This document shows, piece by piece, positions 50,701 through 62,700 of a stretch of 64,000 nucleotides of DNA. The notes beneath the pieces are model-generated. The model had not been told where the DNA came from. It searched no databases and was given only the letters and a program-made list of their open reading frames with translations. Every line of letters begins with the position of its first letter. Position 1 is the first letter of the stretch. Made by a program: the position numbers and the translations under genes. This DNA comes from Raillietiella orientalis. Its lineage: Eukaryota. Where the stretch lies: NCBI GenBank assembly GCA_036172245.1, contig JAYWIR010000008.1:2046001-2110000 (forward strand), written 5' to 3'.

Positions 50701-52912
50701 AAACTGCAAAAAACCGCACGCGACGATTTAAAATAAGCGGCAGCATCTCGTCCCGTTCCAGGTACCGCTGTCAAGATTCGCTTCCCAGCCGGTTCTCGAG
50801 CAGACAGGTGACTAAGTGCTATCAATGAGCAACACATGAAAACTCTAATGAGGTACATGAAATCCAAGGGCGAATGTGCATTTCATTTCACTAGAGAGGC
50901 CCAAGGGAAATGGAGCAGTGCGATGCCCAGATGCTGGACGACACTACGGAAGAGCAGTAGGCGAACCGCCACCTAACTCGGACCAACGAAAGAGCGATGG
51001 CGTACCAGCGACAGAGACCGGAGCACCACCAAAGGAAGCGATCTGCTTTCTAGGAATTCCATGAAACAGATGCAGGGGACGCGGCCACCTGGACCTTCGG
51101 CCAAGAGCCGACCCGACGGCTGTGCTTGGAAGGACCATTTCCGATGACCCTCAACCACACGGGAATGAATTTTGCTGAAGATCTCCCACAGCCACGTCAC
51201 CGGAGAAGGAACACTTGAGCCAAGTGTGACTGGAAACCAATCTGTAACTCGTAGGGCCACCAGCGGCTGAAAAAATCGAGCGCCGATCCCAGAAAGCAGC
51301 AGTGCTGGGATTAACCTCTTTCCCTAGGGGGGCACATGCAACAGCAGCTTCCATTTGGTCCACACTCGTTTACCCTCCCCATTTCGTGGCACCGCAGGAA
51401 GACAAAGATCTAATCATCTCTGTAGGGCTAATGAAAACCTTTGAAAAAAAAAGCATCAGCCGATTGTGTTGCAGCTGATGAAAGAAAACTGATCATCCCG
51501 GAACACACGCAAGCGCCTGGCGGAAGCCGAAAGATGAGGGGGGAGGGTTCACATCAGCCCTGTGAAGATCAGTCAGCTGCCTAATCAGGCGCAAGGACAC
51601 CCACAGCTGGCAGTTCCTCACAGAGCACATTAAACCGTCTCTGCAAAACTCCAAAAACCATTCTTGGATTCGGGGAAATCGACCAGCCTCTGGAGAGGAA
51701 GACAGACAAAGGATGTGTTCTTTCTCGTTTACAAGAACACGATGCGTTCGAATGGGGACCAGAGTTCGAATGCCGCAGGACCCTGAGAGATTCTTCGGAA
51801 GATGCAGCTGGTCTTCAACTCAACCATACCAAAGACACGTCGGGTGGCAACCTGAGAAACACTGTGGAGGCATCAAACACCTCGCTGCACCCTTGGAAGG
51901 GGGGAGGAGAGCCCGGCGGGATGTGCGAAGGTCTTCTGAGAGCAGCGGCAGTCTTCTCGAAACAGCAGCCTCACGGGGCACGTCTGCGGGCCCGGCGCCA
52001 GGCCAAGAAGGCGCCCTTTTTCTAATCCGACCTTCGGCCTGGGGAAAATCCCAGCCAACAGGAGGGAAGCTGCGAGTGGAAGGAAGCGGATGGGCCCAGA
52101 GATTTCAGCGCAGGTGGAGTACCAGCTACCGCGTTACGCAATGGGGACCTGTCGTGGGATTCGTTCCCGCCTACTATGCAAGGCAAATCGGATGCATTTC
52201 ACCCGAGTTCGTTTTGCACACGTGCGTTCCTACTCAATGTGACCAAGAAGAGCACACACGAAAAATTTTTAAAGGCGCTTCATTGGATTTCTGATTAACG
52301 TTTTCCTGGTTTGCAATTTGCTTAAATAAGAAGCTGGCAAAGACAGCACCGATGTGATGAACTTTTCCAGAAGTTGACCTTTAAATAGTATTCACGCTTC
52401 TCATAATTAAACACGAGGTGTACTTCGGAGGCTGAACAAGCAAAACATTAGAGGTAATTGTTTTGAAAGACAGGAAGGAGTGACATAAATCATTACAATA
52501 AAGATACATCATTACAATACATATTTTATCGGAAGCATTTACATTCAAGTAGTTGATGCAAGTCATTTGGTACACACAATATCCAGCACGTTGGTAAACA
52601 GTAAATTTTCAATAAATTGACACTTTTGAAAAATTGATTTAGAAAAGGAATAGGATGATCAGTTAATATTACTATTTACTTTGGATTAGCGCAGAGGCCA
52701 TACTGTGCCTGTTTGCCATTTTTGAAAAGGAGCCACAGCAGAATTACAAGCTTGCAAATCAGAAACCCACTCAAACATCCAGGCATAAGTTCCTCCATGG
52801 TTTTTGGAATTTGAAGCATAGGAGCAATACAAACAGCACTGTTTCCTCTTTTATAATTCTTTACATCACTACTCCTTAATGTTTCATCATGCATATGAAC
52901 TCAATGTGGTAA

Positions 52913-52918
52913 TTTATT
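52913..52918 (-). promoter_or_regulatory. Candidate polyadenylation signal of ZFAND1
   Basis: AATAAA on the minus strand ~60 nt after the stop codon. The region is AT-rich, so chance occurrence is possible. Confidence 0.45.
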
Positions 52919-52977
52919 ACAAAGAGTGGGTATATCAATGTGAGATTGCCTAAATGAAAATTTAGTGGCAAGTATGT

Positions 52978-54088
52978 TTAATCATGAAGTAGCAAAGTTA
53001 TTGTTTCACCATCAGTAATCTTTTGTTCTAATAATAAGTGTTCAAAGGACATATGGACAGGCAATGTTTCATTGTGGCAATTTGAAATCAGTTTCTTAGA
53101 AAACACATAGTTACTCAAATTGAACTTTTCACTCAAGTAATCAATGGATTTTCCAACTGTCCAGAACTTTGATAGGAATATTGGTTTGGATTCTCCCTCT
53201 GCAGTCTTTGGCAATTTAATATTGAAATATATTCTTTCCTCAGAAGGTATCTGAGCATTACCAATAGCTTTCTGTTTCAAACGCATCATGTTTACCTAAG
53301 ATTAGAACACATTGGACTTGACTGGTGAAATTTCTAAAAGTGGACGGCACTAATTATTCAAGCTTACAAATAAATTCGTTTATAAACCAAATCGCCTTAC
53401 ATATATTTAAACATATGAATATATGTAAACTTACTAAATTTGCGGTTTTTAATGACCTTCTACCACAGCACTTGGGCTTACTAGCTGTAATAATAGGTGA
53501 TTTCAACTGTGTGTTTGTTTGTACTCTCGGTTTATTTGAAGAACACGAATGCACTTCTGGATAACGATGAAGCAAACAAAAGTACCTATTACATGATGAA
53601 CATAATGACAGATTGTTTGATTCACGGCATCCTTCTATGGTACACGTTTTTCGGGCACTGTGTTCCACTGGCTGCAAAAAAACAATTTCCTAACATTCTG
53701 CGAACGAGTTGCAAACATTATCATGAATGCTGATGAATTCATTTATTTTTTATGGCATTCAGTAATTGCAAACCAAATATCTTGTAAACATTCATCTAAT
53801 AGGCTTACTTTTAAATTCAGAATTTGATGACATGCACGATTACATAAGCATTTCTCAGGAAATAAACGATATGCTCTTAAACCAAGTTACTGAGAACCAA
53901 AACTGCAACTGAAATATCACCTTTATTGTGGGATGTTCATTAACACAAACTGTGCAGTCATGGCATGCGGGACTATAATGTTCTTTGCAGAAGACCTTTT
54001 GACAAAACTCACATTTCACAGGCAAAAAGTCCAGGCAATTGCAAGTTGACAAAGCACAATGAGCTCCAATTTCAGGAAACTCTGCCAT
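52978..54088 (-). CDS. ZFAND1: AN1-type zinc finger protein 1 (two AN1 fingers + C-terminal ubiquitin-like domain), ~240 aa
   Basis: Exons 54088-53921, 53671-53435, 53295-52978, joined by phase-0 GT-AG introns. MAEFPEIGAHCALSTCNCLDFLPVKCEFCQKVFCKEHYSPACHDC; CTIEGC..CSSCNRYFCLLHRYPEVHSC; VNMMRLKQKAIGNAQIPSEERIYF..FLSKFWTVGKSID. Confidence 0.93.
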
Positions 54089-56784
54089 GGGGCAGCACAC
54101 TCTCACCGCCAACCGTCGTTGCGTTCCCGCGTGCAGGAGCGGGGAAGTCGAAAGAGAACGTCCGAGGTGCCAACATATCCGTGGAATCCCACTATTTAAA
54201 ATATTGAATCTCTTGATATCATCCCCCAAAAGGGAACACTTCCAAAGAATAATGTTCTGCTTTCGACAAGTTCACATCGGAAATTCGTTTCCAATATCGA
54301 AATATTTATATCCGTAGTTTTTGTAGACCACCTTATAAAAGATGAAAGACCATAGACTCCTGAAACAATCAAATAGAGTTAGTTAAATTTTATGAAGCTA
54401 AAACAGATGAAATCTCGCATTCAGCCCTCCATATTTTTTACGCAAAAAACTGAAAACTTGATTATATATTGATCAGTGCCTGTTCAAAATTTCCACCGGA
54501 GGATAAATGAAACTTTCAGTTTTAGATCGAACTGGTTAATAAGCCCTTAGAAACAAACAGTTAACAAAGTGTAGTTCCATTGAAGGAAAAATGTGATAAA
54601 CACAAATGATTAAAACAGCAGGAATGTAGAGAAGGACGGAAAAAGCGAAAGAACGAAACTGGCCGAAAACGAAATGATCACATTCTCGCAAGAAAACAAA
54701 AGAAAAAAAAAAACACTGGCATGTAATAAGTTACATGTTGCATATAACAAGATCAATACCAATGCTGCAACGAGGCAAGCACAAAGCAAATATGCTCAAA
54801 CCATGATGTGCATAATAACCTCAAGGAAAACGGAAATATTTTAGGGAACGGATCGATGTTTTAAAGCATTGATATGCTTTAAAGCATGCTTGAACTTGAT
54901 ATGCTAATTTTGAAAGTTGATTGAGACAAGAGTTTAGAAATTCAGACAGACACATATTTGAGGCGATGAAAATTTATCGACTGTTTACTAAGGACAGAAA
55001 ATTCCAAGAATATTAAACAAACCTATCGTGCAAAACACTGGAATGATAATCATAGCATCTGTCCAAACATTCAGGCCTCAGTTTAAACTAATCTCATCCA
55101 GTCTAGCATCTGCATACCCAAGTTTTTCCATAATCATGAAACAGATCATTGCAAAATACTGATAAAGTTGACAGGTGCTATTGCAAGAGCACGGAATGAT
55201 GATAAATGTATTCCCAAATGATAATCGTCAGGAATTTCATTAGTACGATATTTTGCGTTTCAAAAAGCCTTAATGCTAAATAGATTCTGCAGGATTTTTC
55301 CCCCCTCTGGCTTCCAGAATGTGTTACGATTCATTGGCTATGATATCCTTCACTTTCATCAGAAGCAGGGATAATACTGAAGTAGATGGCCAATCTAGAT
55401 GAATCATAAGTGTCAAGCAAACAAAACGGTAGTAAAATATGATAAATTAAAAATAGACTATGTAAAGAAAAGTTGTGTTTGCAAAGTCACCTTAATGTTT
55501 ATTTTTAAGAATAGCTAGGACTATTATCTAATTGTGTTTGTTTGTTTTCAAAAGCTGTATGTTGTATCAAGAAGTTTGCTTTTTTTTTTGTTTTTGTTTC
55601 TATCTTTGTTTTCAAAATTTAGTTTTAGAAAAGTCTGCATGGATGTGAAAGACAGAAAAGAAATACGAAGACAAAAACAAGTAGCATCCCAGCAAACCAT
55701 CGAACTGCATGGTGCGGGCTTCTGAAAGAAATCGAGAAAGAAATCTTATTAATCTTGAAGCATCTGAAAGCATGACCTCGTCAGTAACGAACACCACAGC
55801 AAAGCACATAAATGAAGTTGCCTGGCACTAACACTTAATACACAAAAGTTTTCTCGTGCAAAAAAGTCCAGAAGCCGAATTGAGCCTTCAAGGAGGTGTG
55901 CACCCCGGTGTCTATGTGGTAATGGAGCGCAGCATCTTCCACTCTGCCAAACATTCGTCACCTGATGGAAGCTGTCATCTGTCCCAGTGCACTTCTTGCA
56001 CAAGGGAAGAAGCTTCTGAATAGAATTACTGCATTCTCACCTTGAGGCAGCTCCGACATCCAGCGCACCGTGCACCCAGACGGAGGTCACCCCGGAACTG
56101 GAATCTCACTCAAGTATCCCGCACTCGCGGGCGGGACCGGGGTCGTTCATTTCTTGTCATTTCCAAGGTGCTACAAAAGAGGCCGCTTGGAGGGGGGCTA
56201 CGTAGGAATTGGGTGAGACATGGGCAGAGCAGCTCGCCCCCACAAGGTATTTCGAAGAGAGGATTAGACTGCAGAAGAGGAGGCGGAGGCGGGGAGGGGA
56301 GAACCGAAAGATCTCCCGATTCGAGTGATCTTCCATCTCCTTGCTGCGGAGCGGAACTGAGAATCGGTAGCAGCAGTCTCCATCTACTCCGCCCCCTGGC
56401 TGCTGAGAGGCACGACCACGAGAGGGGAGGGCACAGCCAGAAACGAGTAGTCTCTCGGACAAAAAACCGGGTCATGACATCTTCACTGCTTACCCCTAAG
56501 GAACGAGGGATCGAAGCTCTCAGACGCTCTCGCCGCGCAGTGGAATGAGAGACTGGGGGGGGGGGGGGGCAAGCTCAAGTTCCGTGTCCCTCCTTGGTCT
56601 CCCCCTTCCCCCCGTCACCGCGGGAATGCTCTAGTCCCCTGCCCCCTCCAACCTGGCAGGACGGAAGGACTGCGTTCACAGAAAAACAAATTTTTTTTTT
56701 TTCTCTACTCCTTGCTCGGTTGCTCCCACGGTCTCCAGGGAAAACGGATGAGCCGAGAGACGAGGACAGCGACTCTGCCTTCTC

Positions 56785-59700
56785 TCACCAGACCTTGCAC
56801 TTACTTGAGGGATTCATCGGCGAGTTCTCGGGACAACGGAAGGCCTCGGCGAACGGTGGGAAGTTTGCCAAGGTTCCCAGGACCCTGGAGGGATGCGAAT
56901 GCGTCATTGGGAGCGGTCAGGCCCCAGGGCTGAGCGGATCTTCCCGCCGTGTTGGGAAAGAGGAAGAGGAAGAGGTTTTCAGGGATGGCGCTTCCACGGG
57001 AAACACAGAACATGAAGGCGCCTCGCCGGAAGGGCCTCGCATTCACGGGGGATCTAGTAAGACGAAGGGAACGGGAGAAGGATCCTTCGACGGTGGAAAC
57101 GCCCATCGGGGTCGCGGAGCAATGCATTCAGGGGAGGATTTCCAGCGCGTTTTCTTCGACGAGACGCGCTGGGAACCACGGGAAGGGATAGAGCCAGTTG
57201 CCAAAGTTCCACAGGACGATGACGATGCCGGTTCCACCGCAAGCGTTCAGATGTCTATCGCACCCTTCCCAGAGGTTCCCTGGGAGACGCGTCACCGATG
57301 AGCCCGACCTCCATGCGCTTCTTGGAAGAAGCGCACCCGGGGAAGCTGGCTGAACCCTTTTTCCTCCCGCCTTTCCTATCCGCGAAAGAGACCCCGAGGA
57401 CCGTGGCGAGTCACGACGAGCAAGGGGCGAGGCGTACGCGTCCCCACCCAGTTAGGGAAAGCGCGTCCTCATCCCAAGGGTGGAGACGCGGTCAAAGGGG
57501 AGGGAAGGAGTCAAGCTGTGGGCGAGGCGGCGGGGCTGAAGCGTGGCCGGCACCTCGGCAGACATCGCTCCCTCTCTCCCTCGGGCTCCGCAAGATGTAG
57601 ACGAAGGTTAAAAAGAAGGGGGCGTTTCGCCCTCCCCTGCCTCTCTGTGTGGGGAAAGGAAGGGGTCTTTTTTTTTTCCCCTCCCGTTTCTTCCGAGAAG
57701 TCTGAGGGAGCGTTGCTGCCGCCACCAGATGGGAAGGGGAAAGGGGAGAAGCGCGAGATCGGAGCCGGGGGCAGCTCGGCGGTGGGCCCCTCGGAGATGA
57801 GTTAGGAGGCACCGAGCCGGCAGCGAACACGTGCGACCGACCTCGTGGAAGCACGGCGCGAGCGTCGTCTTACTCTGCTTGCGGCTACGGACTCGGAGAC
57901 GGGGGGCAGGGGCGGGACGGAGGGGGGGAGGGGAGGGAGAGAGAGAGAGACAGGGGCGGCGCGTCGCCTCGCCCGCGGCAACCGGCTTCCCTCCGACCAC
58001 TGCAACAACGCTCCCCTCCGGCGGTAGCCCCTGCTGGCGGTGCATCGCCGGCAGGGAGAAAGCAGAAGGCCGTCGTTTCCGGAGCATTTCCAGGGAGGAA
58101 GCAAGAGGGAAGCGAGGGACAGTGAGGCGAGTGCGTCGGGGAGGCGGCGTGCCCCCTTCTCCTCCCCCTGCCGGCCTCGGCCGAGCTCCGCGTTGCCAGC
58201 GAGACGTCGCTCATCCTCCTCCCCTCTTCCTCATCTGCGCGGATGAATCTTCCCCTCCGTGCCTGAACTTTCCCGGAGGGTGGGGACTGGTCTTGATCTT
58301 GAGGATCGCCGCCTCCAAGGTCATGGACCCGCACCACATCTGAGCGAAGTTGAGGAAGAAGAGCTGGTCGGGGTTCAAGTCCAGATGGGGCAGGAGCAGG
58401 CTCCCTTTGCCCTCGGGGTTCCTGCTCTTCCAGTTCTGGAAGGCCTGGGAGAATGGAAGAGGAGGAGGTCTCAAGGCTTCGCCCCTCCGCCCGCCCTCAC
58501 CGTGAACGCCTGCCGGATGCCGCCCAGGTCCGCCATGTTTTCGCCTTGCGTCGCCGTGCCGTCCACGGTGATGTTCGTCTCGGTGATGCTGAACTTGCTG
58601 TACTGCTCTGGGGAGGGGGAGGAGCGGTCGATCTCGCTGTGGGAGGGGGTGGAGGGGGGTAATGAAGTCTGCAGGGAAGCTCGGGAGAGAAGGGCCGCGA
58701 ACTGCCAACCCGCTTTTTCCCTCCTGCCCCTGGAGCAACCCGGAAGAAGGGAGAGCGCGCAGCTTGCAGGGATCCTCGAGTCCTCGGGGAGGGAGCGAGG
58801 CCGCGGTAAGGGGGAAGCCCTGCACCTGCCCCGAGGAGGGGAGGCATCCTTCGACGGACCGAGCTTTTAAGAAGTGCGCGGCTGAGAGACGCCTTCCTGC
58901 TCGAGAGGGAGGATGATGAAAACGATGGTGGTGGTGGTGACGATGGCAGTGGTAATGGTGACGGGACAATGATAGTGATAGGGTGGTAATGAGGCGGTGA
59001 TGGTTGTAGTGATGGTGATGGGGTCATAATGAAGGTGGCCGTGACGATGATGAAGGGGTGATTGTCGCGGTGGTGATGATGGAGTGGCAGAGGTGATGGT
59101 CGTTGTGGAGATGATGGAGATAGGCTGGTGACATGGTGATGATAGTGGCAGTGGTGATGGTGGTGGCGGTGGTAGCGATAGGCTGGTGATGGGATGATGG
59201 TGGTGGTGGACGTGGTGATGGTAACGATGGTGGCGATTGTGGCAGGGGGAAGAGGGATCGTCCGGCGAGCCCCTCGGAGCATCTCCCGAGGGAGGATTCC
59301 CTTTCTCTGCTCCGACCTCAGGGGCCTCCAGGGGACGCTCGCGCGGGCGTCTCCGAGGAACTAGGAAACCGCGTGTTCCAGAGGCCAATGCGAAGCCGCG
59401 GTGCCTCCGTCCCACGGGGGGGAGGGGAGAAGGAAGGAATAAGGCGCGCTGCACACGAAACCGAGTCGGTGCGCCACCGCGCAGACGAACCGCCACCTCC
59501 GAGCGGGGTCGAGGTCTCCTCCCTTTCCCCTGCTCACCGCTCCCGCACCCGCATCCGAGCCCGCCATCCCTCCGGCGCACGCGTGGAGAAGCGACTGCGG
59601 TGGCGGAGCGTGCAAGGCCTGCTGCCGCCTCCCGGGACGAGGGAAGGCGCGAATGTGCGCGTCCAGGAGCGGAAGGAGGAGGGAAAGAAGCCGTCAGCAG

Positions 59701-62700
59701 GCGAAGGCGGTTCCTCCTGCAGCCTCCCCCCCTTTCCCTACGCGAGTGCAGGGTAGGGGAGGATGGCATCTCCACCACATTTGCGACTCTCCCTGGCTCA
59801 AGAAGGGAAGGAGGGGGAGCCCCGCCGCCACTCCTCTGCTCACCGATCATGCACCGGGTCCGGGAGTGGAAGCGGATCTCCGACAGGTGGTTCCACCAGG
59901 AGACGACGTTCCCGTCCTTGTCGAACTGGCGTCCCTTGTCGTCGAACCCGTGCGTGATCTCGTGGCCGATGATGACGCCGATGCCCCCGTAGTTCAGGGG
60001 CGCCGGGAAGTCCTTGTGAAAGAACGGAGGCTGCAGGATGCCGGCGGGAAGCACTATGGGAGGAAGGAGTGGGTGGAAGGAGAGGGAAGGAGAGGAGGAA
60101 CGCGAGACCCACATATCTGGTTCCTGCTGCGGCTGTAGAAAGCGTTGACCTCCACGGGGCACATCTTCCATTCCCCCTTGTCCACCGGGGCGCCGTATCT
60201 CTTGAGATCCTCCTGGGCGTGGAACTCGGCCGCCGACAACATGTTCTCGAAGAAGTACAGAGGTTCGAAGCTCAGCTGGAAGATGGGAGGGAGGGGGACC
60301 TCAGAGAAAGGGTGGTTGGTCCTTGGGCACGACGGCCGCAGGGAACGAGCCGCGGCGGAGACTCCCGCTGCGAGGAGGAGGTTGCCACGAACGACTCTGG
60401 AGAATGCCCTCCTATCGCCTCCCCCCCGAGTAGGAGGCGATGGCTGGCCGTACTGAGCAAGCGCACGCCCACAACCGACGTAGGGCATCCGACGACGGTG
60501 GCCGCCGTCGAAGGGCCATGCCCTCCTGCACGCCCTTTTCCCGCATACGCGGAGGAGAGGCGCTCCCGGTGACGGAGGTTTCCCGAGGGAGGATCAGAGG
60601 CTGTAGAGAGAAGAGAGTGAGGACCGACCCTCTCCGCTCTATCCACGCCTTCGTAACTTCGGGTTCAAAGTGGCGAGAAGAGGAGGGGGGAGGAGCGCGC
60701 GTCCACTCGCGCGACGCCGAGACGACGGCACCCTCGGAGCGAGTGGGCTTAAGGAATGAGGCGCCGTTCTGCCTCTCTCCTCTCATTCTCTGCACAGCAG
60801 CCCGCCGTGAGTCGCAGTTCCTCCGCGCTCCCGGTTACGGGCGCGTAGCGGAGCGTATCCCTCTTTATAAGGCAGCAGCCACTCTCTGCTCCCCCTTCCC
60901 GGAGGTGACTGCCAGGTCCGGATGATCCTTTCTCTTCCGCTTGCCTGCGCGTACTCCGCGTCCAGGCGCCTGTCGTCTTGGATGAGCTCCGGGTAGCCGA
61001 TCTTGTAGTCCATGTGATTCAGCTTCACCATGGCGTATCGCCTGGTGCTCCAGTCCATCCAGTCCGTGTCGTCCAGCACGTGCATGAAGCCCTCCTTCAG
61101 CTCTGGGACAAAGTGATTTTCCTGGAAAGGTTGGCAGTAGGAACGAGGGGAAGAAGTATAGAAAGGAGGAGAAGGAGGAAGGAAAGAGGAGGAAGAGAAG
61201 CAAGAGAGGAGGAAAGGACGAGGGGTTGAAAAAGAGGAGGAGAAGGAAGGGAAAGGGAGACTTACGACGAAGGCGTAGCTCTCCTCGTCGAAGAACTCTT
61301 CCACGAACATCTTGCCTACGACGAGCGGCATGGTGGCCTTGAGCACGTTCACGCAGAAGGTCCACCTCTCTGGGCCCTTCATCCTGCCGAAGATCTTCTT
61401 CAGGAATTCCTGCCTAGCATCGTCGAAGCGCGAGTCCATTGACTTGACCCTCTGCATGACGAACCTCCAGAGCATGTAGTTGGCCACCACCCTGGAGGCA
61501 AAGAGGTCGACCGGCGGAGGACAGGGGTGGAAGAGATAAGGGGTTGGAGTGTTCCGAAGGCTATGAGAGGGAGTCTTAGGGGAGAGCGAGGCGGAGAGAG
61601 AACTTTCCGACGCTGTTCTCCCCCAGGACCATGCCGGCGGCGGTAGCGGCACGAGGACAGTGGCGTCCTGCCTCCGACCGCAGAGGAGGATCGCCCTTTC
61701 GATCTCAGCCTCAAAGCAAGAGCGAACGCGGGCGAGAAAGGTGGAACGGGAAGATCTCTTGAGGAGTCACGAAAAGCGACCGCTCTGCTGTTCGAGGGCG
61801 GGAAGAGAAGGAAGAGGAAGAGGAGATTTTTTACTCGGTGGGCGTCTTCCGGATGAGCTCTTCGAGCTCCTCGAAGTACTTGGTGTTGAAGACTATGGCC
61901 TCGTCGGCGAAGCGGACGCTGGACACCAACTCCTTCAGGATGAACTCCCAGTCGATGCGGGGGACCTTGGCAGCGAGCTGGCTGAGCGTTCTCCTCTGGT
62001 ACGAGGACGCCGATCCACGGATCGCTTCCTTGGACGCCTGGATCTACATCCGCAGGAGAGGGAGAGAATGGGAGAAATGAGGAAGGGAAGGGAAGCCGTC
62101 TTCGCCTTGGATCCGGAGTGGTAGTGACAGCAGAAGGAGAGGGGAGGGGGAGCTCCTCGTCGGACGGCACCACCGAGCTCTCCCAGTGCACCTCCGTAGT
62201 TCAGCGGGTGATCCAGGGAGCAATCGCGAGACCAAACGGCAGATTACGCCGCGTGGCAGCGGTGTGTGAGACCCTCCTCCCCCTTTCCATTTCCCTTCGG
62301 GCGCTTGCCCCGCTCTCAGAGCGGAGGAGGGCCAGGGAGTTGCCGAGGGGGACGGCTCTGGGAGAGGCGGATACTCGGATCGCTCGACGGCGGGTAACCA
62401 GGTTCTTCGCTTCCACCGGGAAGCGCACAGCCCTGGCGACACGGATTCTCCCCGGGTGATCACTGCGGACCCGCTGCGAGTAGAGAGAGGAGGAGATGAG
62501 GAAGCAGGAGAAGAGAAGAGCGGTGGGAGTTCCGTTCGTGAACCACTAGGGTCTTCGCGACGGTGCCTCGGGACTCCCACGAAGAGCGACAGACCTCTTC
62601 AGGAAAGCCTTCAGCAGCGCAGGGTGGAGAGGAAAGGGAAGGGGAGAGGAGGAGGGAGGGATCGGTCGGGAAGGGAGCTCGTGCCAGGCGTTCCCGACGC

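Noticed and set aside
250..52294. The several hundred 60-320 aa ORFs in the six-frame track outside the called exons
   Set aside because: Overlapping on all frames, Arg/Ser/Pro/Gly-rich, often with non-ATG starts; expected from GC-rich non-coding DNA and decayed TEs.
55749..56548. An additional gene between ZFAND1 and neprilysin (donor-like AAG|GTGAGA at ~56040, minus)
   Set aside because: No consistent reading frame or recognisable motif; it may be neprilysin 3' UTR or non-coding sequence.
58497..59282. His/Thr/Pro-rich ORFs (58211-58969, 58497-59282, tail of 58867-60171)
   Set aside because: These are read-through of an intronic trinucleotide tract; only the parts overlapping neprilysin exons are coding.
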